Shown piece after piece: positions 51,859-60,140 of a stretch of DNA of 64,000 nucleotides. The notes beneath the pieces are model-generated. The model was not told where the DNA came from. It worked only from the letters and a program-made list of their open reading frames with translations, and did no database searches. Numbering within the stretch: the stretch's first letter is position 1; every line of letters starts with the position of its first letter. The DNA is taken from assembly GCA_024276465.1 (NCBI GenBank), contig JAJRXD010000013.1:47390-111389 (forward strand). Direction: 5' to 3'. The stretch comes from Deltaproteobacteria bacterium. Lineage in GTDB: Bacteria; Desulfobacterota; WTBG01; CAIYCZ01; CAIRTM01. The position numbers were made by a program, and so were the translations under genes.

Positions 51859-52823
51859 ATACCTCCGTTGTTGAGGTCCAAAAAAGTCTTGATCATTTCC
51901 GCCTTATGCGAGAAATCCCTATCAGCACGAGACTTCAAATCGCGCAGGTCAGCCGGATCGTCCAAAGGAAGCGCAGAGTCTGAGTCAAAATTGAGTCTTA
52001 AAATCTGCTCTGGTCTCAGGAGAAGACCTGTCATGTTGTTGGCTGTTTCAGATTGAAGATTTAGCAGCATTGAAATGAACTTTCCATGCTGCCAGCGTGT
52101 TGCAAATCCCCAGCCCTGATATCGCTTCCACCATGGCCGCTTCTGTGGATAAAAGCTACGGCTAACTCCTGTGCCGAGGGTAAACACCTTAAGGGAGTCA
52201 AGGTCCTTGCCAAGCCGCTTTTTGGCGTCAATTACTGCAACAAGTGAAGGACTGTTTGCCCACAACCCCCCATCGGCCAGAAGGTACTCACCTACATTTT
52301 GAGGATCGAAATAGGTGGGGGCTGAGCAGGATGCCATAACGGCATCTCGGATAAGAACGTTGCGGTCACGGACAAACCCTTTATCATAGCCCGACTTGAA
52401 CACATGAACACATCCGTTCCCGATGTCAGTTGCCGGAATAATGAGTGGCGTTGTTACTTGCCCAAGTCGGCGGTCAGCAAAAACCTCCTGCAGAATGTCA
52501 CGAAGGTATTGGTTTCTGTATCGACTCCTAATAAAACCAAAGCGTGGCATAAACCGGCGAGGAAATATCTGAGCACCGTGTTCTTCGTAGAATTCCACGA
52601 TGTCACACGCGCGCATTTCGCACGCAAGTCCTGCCGCAACTATTGAACCGGTACTCGTACCTGCAATCAATTGAAAATGATTTCGCAAATCCAAGTCGTA
52701 TTCTTGCTCAATCCGGGCAAGAATATGGGCGGCATAGACGCCACGAAATCCACCACCGTCAACGGAAAGAATACGGAAGGAGTTGTCTGCAGAACTTGAC
52801 AGAACAGGGTTCGATTTGCTCAT
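51855..52823 (-). CDS. capV: patatin-like phospholipase (CapV-like CBASS effector)
   Basis: 322 aa. Oxyanion hole DGGGFRG, nucleophile elbow GTSTG, catalytic dyad Asp in ADGG. Confidence 0.85.
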   Translation of the reverse strand: MSKSNPVLSSSADNSFRILSVDGGGFRGVYAAHILARIEQEYDLDLRNHFQLIAGTSTGSIVAAGLACEMRACDIVEFYEEHGAQIFPRRFMPRFGFIRSRYRNQYLRDILQEVFADRRLGQVTTPLIIPATDIGNGCVHVFKSGYDKGFVRDRNVLIRDAVMASCSAPTYFDPQNVGEYLLADGGLWANSPSLVAVIDAKKRLGKDLDSLKVFTLGTGVSRSFYPQKRPWWKRYQGWGFATRWQHGKFISMLLNLQSETANNMTGLLLRPEQILRLNFDSDSALPLDDPADLRDLKSRADRDFSHKAEMIKTFLDLNNGGM

Positions 52824-54340
52824 AGACCCAGTTCCTTTAAATAACCGCCGAGTTTTTTCTGAGTACTTGCAAGCTCCGTCTCGATCTCTTCAATTTCCTT
52901 TTGAACGGCAGAAATGTCGATGTCCTCTTCTTCCTCAAAGGTATCCACATAGCGGGGGATATTCAGATTGAATTCGGCTTCCTGAATCTCTTCCAGCGTT
53001 GCCAGGTGGGAGTATTTTTCTACTTCCTCGAATTTGCGGAACGTAGAGATGATCTTTTCGATATCTTCATCCCGCAGGCGGTTCTGCTTTTTCTCGTCTT
53101 TAAACTCGCGGCTGGCGTCTATAAAAAGAACATGCTTATCACGTTTGTTCTTTGCCGTTTTCCAGGGTTTCCTGCCCTTGTTGAAAACAAGAATGGCCGC
53201 CGGTATCCCGGTGCCGTAGAAAAGCTGGGCGGGTAGACCAATAACCGCTTCAAGGATATTGTCCTCAATGAACGCCTTCCGGATAACGCCTTCCGCTCCA
53301 CCACGAAACAGAACCCCGTGAGGCACAATGACGCCCACCTTGCCTTCACCCTCCAGGGTAATTTCAACCATGTGGCTGATAAAAGCGTAATCGCCCCGGC
53401 TTTTTGGCGGGACCCCGCGCCAGAAGCGGTTGAACCGGTCGTGACTTGCATTTTCCTGGCCCCACTTATCCAGAGAAAACGGCGGATTGGCAACCACGAC
53501 ATTGAAGCGCATCAGTTCGTCGTTCTCTATCAGCCTGGGGTTGTTGATGGTGTCGCACCATTCAATGCGGGCAGAATCCATTGAATGCAAAAACATGTTC
53601 ATTCGGCACAGGGACCAGGTGGAACCGTTGGACTCCTGGCCGGACAGGGCAAAATTCGGACTCCCGACTTCCTGACCGACTTTGATGAGAAGCGATCCTG
53701 ACCCGCAGGCCGGGTCACAGATACGGTCTCCGTCTTTGGGATTAAGCAATTTGGCAAGCAGCGTGGAAACTTCGGCTGGAGTGTAGAACTCGCCGGCTTT
53801 TTTCCCGGCCCCGGCCGCAAAACGGGAAATCAGGTATTCATACACGTCACCGATTACGTCACGATTCCCAATGCGTGAGGGGCGCAAATCAAGACGCTCA
53901 TCGGCAAAGTCCTCCAGAAGATTCTTCAGGCGGCGGTTGCGCTCCTTGGTCTGACCCAAGGCAGGTTCGCTGTTGAAATCAATATTGCGAAAAACATTTT
54001 CGAGTTTCGACTTGTTGGCATCCTCGATTTTTTCAAGGGCAATATTGATGATCTCACCGATATTGGGCTCGTCGCGTCTGCTGTAGAGGGAATTAAAGTT
54101 TGATTCCGGAGGCACCACAAAGCGTTCCCGGGCCAGTGCTCTTTCCACTCGGGCAGCATCACCATTATATTTTTTCTCGTATTCGGCTCTTTTGTCCTTC
54201 CACAGGTCGCTCATGTACTTGATGAAGAGCATGGTAAGGATGTAATTCTTGTATTCCGACGGATCGACTGCGCCCCTGAAGGTGTCGCAGGCCCGCCAGA
54301 CAACATCATTGATTTCTTTTTGGGAAACGTGAGGACTCAT
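52820..54340 (-). CDS. hsdM: Type I restriction-modification N6-adenine DNA methyltransferase subunit
   Basis: 506 aa. HsdM N-terminal domain. SAM-binding motif DPACGSGS. Catalytic NPPF (VVANPPFS). Confidence 0.95.
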   Translation of the reverse strand: MSPHVSQKEINDVVWRACDTFRGAVDPSEYKNYILTMLFIKYMSDLWKDKRAEYEKKYNGDAARVERALARERFVVPPESNFNSLYSRRDEPNIGEIINIALEKIEDANKSKLENVFRNIDFNSEPALGQTKERNRRLKNLLEDFADERLDLRPSRIGNRDVIGDVYEYLISRFAAGAGKKAGEFYTPAEVSTLLAKLLNPKDGDRICDPACGSGSLLIKVGQEVGSPNFALSGQESNGSTWSLCRMNMFLHSMDSARIEWCDTINNPRLIENDELMRFNVVVANPPFSLDKWGQENASHDRFNRFWRGVPPKSRGDYAFISHMVEITLEGEGKVGVIVPHGVLFRGGAEGVIRKAFIEDNILEAVIGLPAQLFYGTGIPAAILVFNKGRKPWKTAKNKRDKHVLFIDASREFKDEKKQNRLRDEDIEKIISTFRKFEEVEKYSHLATLEEIQEAEFNLNIPRYVDTFEEEEDIDISAVQKEIEEIETELASTQKKLGGYLKELGL

Positions 54341-54343
54341 TTT

Positions 54344-54928
54344 TTATCTCTCCTGTTCTTGAATTGCATTTAAGCAGGCAGCCTTGACAAGACGTGATCG
54401 CGTCTGCGCAAGCCTTTCCAGAAGGAATTGTTCGCGACTGGCAAGCGCTACGCTTAGCACAATTTTTTTCTGAATGGAAACCGGCGGAATCATGACTTGC
54501 AGACGGGAAAGCGTGTGCTTGGAGACAAATGAGATCCCCGTTCCCCGGGCCTGTGCCCTCAGCCAGGCTTGCGCTTTTGACTGATTCAGCCACCAAGCCA
54601 GATATTGTGGAATAATCTCATTCCCTTTCACGCGAAGGATATAGAAAGAACCTGAAGCAAGTGTGTTCTTCAAATCAGCTTCAATATAACCGGCAAAATG
54701 AGCTATTCCACGAGCCTGAAAAAGTATATCGCCTTTGCAAACAGAATAAATTTCAGGCTTTCGCTCAGGGAAAAATGCAGTAAGATTATCCGGCATTAAA
54801 CAATGAAGACAATCGAAATCTTTGGTTTGAATAAGATAATGCGTACCTTTTACATTTTCCTTAATGCTGGCTTTTGCCTGATATCCTGCCTGAATGCTGG
54901 CAACTGTTTTTAAAAAAGTGCTTGTCAT
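54344..54928 (-). CDS. truncated or half-size Type I specificity subunit (single TRD)
   Basis: 194 aa. One TRD plus a conserved C-terminal helical region (IPPVSIQKKIV...LERLAQTRSRL). Lies immediately upstream of hsdM. Confidence 0.6.
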   Translation of the reverse strand: MTSTFLKTVASIQAGYQAKASIKENVKGTHYLIQTKDFDCLHCLMPDNLTAFFPERKPEIYSVCKGDILFQARGIAHFAGYIEADLKNTLASGSFYILRVKGNEIIPQYLAWWLNQSKAQAWLRAQARGTGISFVSKHTLSRLQVMIPPVSIQKKIVLSVALASREQFLLERLAQTRSRLVKAACLNAIQEQER

Positions 54929-55303
54929 TAAATTAATACCACAACAATGTCAGTATTAGCCCTACTTATTGCTAAATATAGCATAAGCTTGATTTAATGT
55001 CAAGAAAAATAATAAGTAATAAATCTACTAACTTGTTTCCTTCCGGTTTTTCGCACCTGTCAACATCAACCTGAGGAAGGAAAAACAAACAAACTGCAGA
55101 ATGTAACCTATTGATATTGACTCAAAAAATACAGGAAAAGGTTTCACTACATAAACAACATTTTTTCTCCTGTCCCTAAATTAACCCAAAATTAACAAAA
55201 CCCTTATCAGGGGTTAACAGAACTAACCTAATTAATACAACTAAGCCATGGTGCTTAAAATGGAAATTTAATTTAATTAATTACAAACACGGAAGGTAAA
55301 CTT

Positions 55304-56335
55304 ATGAAAAGATCAATCTTTTTTTATATCTTGATTATTTTAGCTGGTTTTAATGCACAGGCCATGGGAAGTGAACTGATAGGGGCTGGGGCAACATTTC
55401 CGTATCCGTTTTATTCGAAATTATTTGACACATATCATAAAGAGAAGGGGGTTAAAATCAACTACCAGGCAATTGGCTCAGGAGGTGGAATTAGACAACT
55501 TACAAAAAAGACTGTGGATTTTGGCGGAACAGATGCATTTATGAAAGAAAAAGATATGGAAAACGCATCCTCACCCATCCTCCATATCCCGACCTGTCTT
55601 GGTGCTGTTGTAGTGACCTACAATATTCCGGGAAACCTTTCTTTAAGACTGACCCCTGATATAATAGCAGATATTTTTCTTGGAAAAATCACTAAATGGA
55701 ACAACAAACGGATCAACAGTATCAATCCACAATTAAAACTTCCTGACATGAACATTGTTGTTGTCCACCGGTCCGATGGCAGTGGAACTACATTTATATT
55801 CACTGATTACCTGAGCAAGGTAAGTTCTGAGTGGAAGGAAAAGGCCGGGACCGGAAAATCCCTTAACTGGCCTGCAGGGCTTGGAGCAAAGGGAAATTCC
55901 GGGGTTGCCGGGCTTGTAAAACAGATTCCTGGATCAATAGGATATGTTGAACTTATATATGCCATGAGCAATAACATGCCGTATGCTGATATAAAAAACA
56001 GGTCAGGTGTCTTTGTGAAGCCTTCAATTGAATCGGTCAGCCTTGCTGCAGAGGTTGCGATGCCGGATGATACCCGTGTAACTATTACTGATACAGGGGC
56101 AACAGATGGATACCCGATCAGTGGTTTTACATGGCTGATAATTTACAAGGAACAAAACTATAAGGGCAGAAGCAAAGAAAAGGCAGAAACACTGCTGAAC
56201 ATGCTCTGGTGGGTTTTACATGAGGGCCAGCAGCTTGCCGAGCCTCTTCACTATGCGCCGCTTCCAAAAAGGGTGGCAGAAAAAGGTGAAGCCATTTTAC
56301 GCTCTGCAACCTATAATAATAAAAAGATTCTATAA
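55304..56335 (+). CDS. pstS: phosphate ABC transporter substrate-binding protein
   Basis: 343 aa. Signal peptide and PstS family similarity (GAGATFPYP, SGTT). Confidence 0.9.
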   Translation: MKRSIFFYILIILAGFNAQAMGSELIGAGATFPYPFYSKLFDTYHKEKGVKINYQAIGSGGGIRQLTKKTVDFGGTDAFMKEKDMENASSPILHIPTCLGAVVVTYNIPGNLSLRLTPDIIADIFLGKITKWNNKRINSINPQLKLPDMNIVVVHRSDGSGTTFIFTDYLSKVSSEWKEKAGTGKSLNWPAGLGAKGNSGVAGLVKQIPGSIGYVELIYAMSNNMPYADIKNRSGVFVKPSIESVSLAAEVAMPDDTRVTITDTGATDGYPISGFTWLIIYKEQNYKGRSKEKAETLLNMLWWVLHEGQQLAEPLHYAPLPKRVAEKGEAILRSATYNNKKIL

Positions 56336-56508
56336 TGTCCAAAACAAGGTATTAACATATTGTTTTTGCATGTGTTTCAAGGTTGAGATTGCTTCGGTCG
56401 TACTTCCCTCGCAATGACATTAACTGTTTGATTTTGCTTTGCATTGTCATTGCGAGCGAAGCGTGGCAATCTCGTTCTTGGACAACAATGAAAAAGATTC
56501 TATAATGT
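56321..56508. repeat. 170-bp palindromic insertion at the pstS/pstC junction bounded by 18-bp direct repeats
   Basis: DR aaaaagattctataatgt at 56321-56338 and 56491-56508. Internal composite IR 56385-56473 (gagattgc...ctcgcaatgaca / tgtcattgcgag...gcaatctc). Confidence 0.65.
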
Positions 56509-57461
56509 TGAAAGCAGCAGTTTTAAAAAACAGGCTCGGTTCTGAAACAAGCATGAGAGAAGAAAGTCAGCCGGAACAGATAAGAGCGTCTTTTCTGTCT
56601 GACTCAGTATTTAAGACAGCACTCAATGTTTCCGCTGTTTTTATGTTGTTAATTCTGGCAGGAATTTTTGTTACTCTTGTACTTGAATCGATTCCATCCA
56701 TTAAAGCTGCCGGATTTTCATTCCTCACGGGAAAAACGTGGGACCCTGTTTTCAGGGAATATGGCACTTTTGTATTTCTTGTCGGAACTCTTGTAACCTC
56801 TTTTTTAGCTCTGATTATTTCAATTCCGTTCTCCCTTGCCATAGCTCTTTTTTCAGGAGAATACTTCAGGCAGGGCGTGTTTTCATCTTTTCTTAAAAGT
56901 GCTGTAGAGCTTCTTGCCGGAATTCCATCTGTTGTATATGGTTTCTGGGCTTTGCTTATTCTGGTTCCTCTGGTGCGAACCTTTGAAATGAAAGCTGGTA
57001 TTATTCCCTATGGTGTGGGAATTTTAACAGCATCCCTGATTCTTGCTGTTATGATTGTCCCTTACTCGGCATCCATTGGAAGTGATATAATAAGTCTGGT
57101 GCCTTCTGACCTCAAAGAGGCTGCACTGTCACTGGGGTCCACCAGGTTTGAGATGATAATGAAAGTAGTATTTCCCTATGCACGCTCAGGAATATGTGCC
57201 GGAATTCTTTTGTCCCTTGGCAGGGCCATAGGGGAAACCATGGCAGTTACCATGGTGATTGGAAACTCAAACCTGATGCCTGAAAATATTTTCAGTCCTG
57301 CAAATACCATGGCAAGTATTATTGCAAATGAATTTACAGAGGCTACAGGCGATGTATATGTTTCAAGTCTTATTGAGGTGGGACTTGTTCTTTTGCTGGT
57401 CAGCTTAATCATAACTGTTACAGGCCGTTATATAATAAACAGAACAAGCATGCAGCAGTAG
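56505..57461 (+). CDS. pstC: phosphate ABC transporter permease
   Basis: Six TM segments and an ABC permease EAA-like loop. Start taken as the ATG inside the second direct-repeat copy (ORF-track start 56439 lies inside the inserted element). Confidence 0.85.
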   Translation: MLKAAVLKNRLGSETSMREESQPEQIRASFLSDSVFKTALNVSAVFMLLILAGIFVTLVLESIPSIKAAGFSFLTGKTWDPVFREYGTFVFLVGTLVTSFLALIISIPFSLAIALFSGEYFRQGVFSSFLKSAVELLAGIPSVVYGFWALLILVPLVRTFEMKAGIIPYGVGILTASLILAVMIVPYSASIGSDIISLVPSDLKEAALSLGSTRFEMIMKVVFPYARSGICAGILLSLGRAIGETMAVTMVIGNSNLMPENIFSPANTMASIIANEFTEATGDVYVSSLIEVGLVLLLVSLIITVTGRYIINRTSMQQ

Positions 57462-57810
57462 TGGCAACACCTGAACAGAGTGATTTTACCTGTGAGAGTT
57501 TTCCCCACAACAGGTTTTCACTCATTCTCGGCAGACATCCATGTCTGCCTGTGAGGTAAGCATTACGTTTCACCATCCAGGTGAAAATAGTGTAATGCTT
57601 AAACCCGTTCAAACCTGCTGTGGGGAAAGTTCTTTGCAAAACCATATCCTTAAGAACCGGCTTTATTGTGTGTCGAAATCAACTGTTCAGGTGGATAGAC
57701 TGAAGATTGAAGACTGTTGGATTACTTCAGCCTTTAACCTGAACACCTGGGTAGTTACCATTGAATCACAGAAACAAAACTACTCAAACATTGTGTGACA
57801 GGGCAGTAGC

Positions 57811-58659
57811 ATGACGGATGGAAAATTAGTATTCAGAATAATAAAAGACAGACTGTTTCAGGCAGTGGTAATTTTGTTCTCCTTTGCAATGATAGTGCCT
57901 CTGTTTTTAATCATCTATTATATTATCAGAAACGGTATTTCAGTAATAAACTGGGAATTTCTTGTCTCTCTGCCAAAACCCATGGGTGATATTGGCGGTG
58001 GGATTGCAAATGCAGTTGTCGGAACAGCCATGCTGGTTATTGTTGCCACTGTTTTTGCCGTGCCTCTGGGTGTTTGTGCGGGCATTTATCTTTCTGAAAA
58101 CAAAAAAGGCAGGATAGCATATTCGGTTCGGCTTTGTATGGAGATATTGCAGGGTGTCCCGTCAATTGTTATAGGAATCATAGCATATTCGTGGATTGTT
58201 TTAAGCATGGGCACTTTTTCTGCATTGTCAGGCGGGGTAGCACTGGCAATCATGATGCTTCCGGTCATTGTCAGGGCAACAGAAGAAACCTTAAAACTTA
58301 TCCCTGAAAACCTGAGGGAAGCATCCCTGGCTCTTGGTGTGCCATACAGCAGAACAATTATAAAAGTTATTGTTCCAGCCGGCCTTACGGGAATCCTTAC
58401 CGGCGTACTGCTTGGCATTGCACGCATTGCAGGTGAAACAGCACCACTTCTTTTTACGGCATTTGGCAATCCATTCATGAACATTAACATATTCAAGCCC
58501 GTAGATTCCCTGCCCATGTTAATATTCAATTACGCTACAAGCCCCTATCCCCTGTGGCATGCCATGGCCTGGGGCGCCTCTTTTGTGCTGGTAGTGCTTG
58601 TTCTGGGATTGAACATAGTTACAAAGGTGATAACAAACAGATGGAAAGTCAGGTTTTAA
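57811..58659 (+). CDS. pstA: phosphate ABC transporter permease
   Basis: 282 aa. PstA family similarity. Multiple TM segments. Confidence 0.9.
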   Translation: MTDGKLVFRIIKDRLFQAVVILFSFAMIVPLFLIIYYIIRNGISVINWEFLVSLPKPMGDIGGGIANAVVGTAMLVIVATVFAVPLGVCAGIYLSENKKGRIAYSVRLCMEILQGVPSIVIGIIAYSWIVLSMGTFSALSGGVALAIMMLPVIVRATEETLKLIPENLREASLALGVPYSRTIIKVIVPAGLTGILTGVLLGIARIAGETAPLLFTAFGNPFMNINIFKPVDSLPMLIFNYATSPYPLWHAMAWGASFVLVVLVLGLNIVTKVITNRWKVRF

Positions 58660-59399
58660 AAGTAACAAATTTTTCCGCACACTTCAGTGGAAATCAGGTG
58701 GTCAATAATGTCAGCATGAAGGTTGCGCACAATAAAGTAACAGCCCTTATGGGACCATCCGGATGCGGCAAAACTACTTTGCTGAGATGTATTAACCGAA
58801 TGCATGAGCTTATTCCTGAGGCTGGAGTCAGCGGAAGTATTTTACTCCACAATAAAGACATTTACAGGATGAATCCTATTCTTGTAAGGAAAAAAATAGG
58901 CATGGTGTTTCAAAAGCCGAATCCATTTCCCACCATGAGTATATATGATAATGTAATTGCAGGATATAAATTAAACGGTATCAGTCTCAAGAGGGATGAG
59001 AAAAACAGAATTGTTGAGGATTCTCTTAAAAAATCAGCTTTGTGGAATGAGGTAAAGGACAGACTTTATAAAAAAGGCTCTTTTCTTTCAGGCGGGCAGC
59101 AGCAAAGGCTTTGTATTGCAAGGGCCCTTGCCATGAACCCTGACATACTTCTCATGGATGAGCCAACCTCAGCCCTGGATCCCAAGGCAACCTCACATAT
59201 AGAAGAACTTCTAACTGAATTAAAAAACAACATAACAATCCTTCTTGTTACACACAATATTGCTCAGGCAGCAAGGGTTTCTGACTTTACGGCATTTATG
59301 TATCTTGGCAACATGGTTGAGTTCGGGCTCACGGAAAAACTCTTCACTGTTCCGGAGGATAAAAGGACAGAGGAATATCTGTCAGGAAAGTTTGGATAG
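58641..59399 (+). CDS. pstB: phosphate ABC transporter ATP-binding protein
   Basis: Walker A GPSGCGKTT, ABC signature LSGGQQQR, Walker B LLMDEPTSALD. Probable start MESQVLKV (ORF-track start is 58554). Confidence 0.9.
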   Translation: MESQVLKVTNFSAHFSGNQVVNNVSMKVAHNKVTALMGPSGCGKTTLLRCINRMHELIPEAGVSGSILLHNKDIYRMNPILVRKKIGMVFQKPNPFPTMSIYDNVIAGYKLNGISLKRDEKNRIVEDSLKKSALWNEVKDRLYKKGSFLSGGQQQRLCIARALAMNPDILLMDEPTSALDPKATSHIEELLTELKNNITILLVTHNIAQAARVSDFTAFMYLGNMVEFGLTEKLFTVPEDKRTEEYLSGKFG

Positions 59400-59441
59400 A
59401 ATTGATGAAATCGTCAAATTTAATTAGGAAGAGATAAAACA

Positions 59442-60104
59442 ATGCTACAAGAAAAGATTAATGACCTGAAAGCACAGGTCATACAGTTTTCCTCTCTCAT
59501 TGAGCAGATGATAGACAAAAGCATAAAGGGCCTTATAAATAAAGACAAAGAGCTTCTTGATGAGGTAATAAAAGTAAATGAGCCGTATGCAAACGAATTT
59601 GAGCTGGAAATAGATGAAATCTGCATAAACCTTATTGCTCAATTCCAGCCCAGAGCAAAAGATCTGCGAACCATTCTTATGATCTACAATATGAATAATG
59701 CACTGGAAAGGATGGGGGACCATGGAGTGAATATTGCGGAAAGTTCTTATGAAATCATAAAAACTCCCTTCATAAAACCTTTTATTGATATTCCCAGAAT
59801 GAATGAAACATTAAAAAAGATGCTCAGCGACAGCATAAATTCTTTTATTAATGAGGACCGGGAATTAGCCAGAGATGTCTGTGAAAGGGATTCTGTCATT
59901 GACGCACTGAGAGATCAGATACTGCGGGAGCTCATAACATTTATGAGTGCAAACTCCTCAATTATTGGAGAATGTATTCATATTTTGCGTATTGCGGAAA
60001 ACCTGGAGCGGATTGCAGACCTTACTACCAATATTTGTGAAGACGTAATATTTATGTCAGAGGGAACAGTGATAAAACATGGCGGAAAGGAAAACGAAGC
60101 ATGA
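59442..60104 (+). CDS. phoU: phosphate transport system regulator PhoU
   Basis: 220 aa. Two PhoU repeats. Lies at the end of the pstSCAB operon. Confidence 0.9.
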   Translation: MLQEKINDLKAQVIQFSSLIEQMIDKSIKGLINKDKELLDEVIKVNEPYANEFELEIDEICINLIAQFQPRAKDLRTILMIYNMNNALERMGDHGVNIAESSYEIIKTPFIKPFIDIPRMNETLKKMLSDSINSFINEDRELARDVCERDSVIDALRDQILRELITFMSANSSIIGECIHILRIAENLERIADLTTNICEDVIFMSEGTVIKHGGKENEA

Positions 60105-60140
60105 AGCAGACTTTATCAATTTTGAGGTACTGCTGGTTTT

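Noticed and set aside
21557-55217. Similar hairpins agcccctttatcaggggct (21557-21575) and aacccttatcaggggtt (55199-55216) as a possible dispersed repeat family
   Set aside because: Only two short copies with differing stems. They are more simply explained as independent rho-independent terminators.
55021-55303. Pho box upstream of pstS (ctgtcaacatcaacctga)
   Set aside because: Only one half-site resembles CTGTCAT. The second repeat at 11-bp spacing does not match. There is not enough support to call a PhoB site.
57541-57798. 85-aa ORF in the pstC-pstA spacer
   Set aside because: No domain or signal. The region is dominated by palindromes, so a structured non-coding insertion is more likely than a gene.
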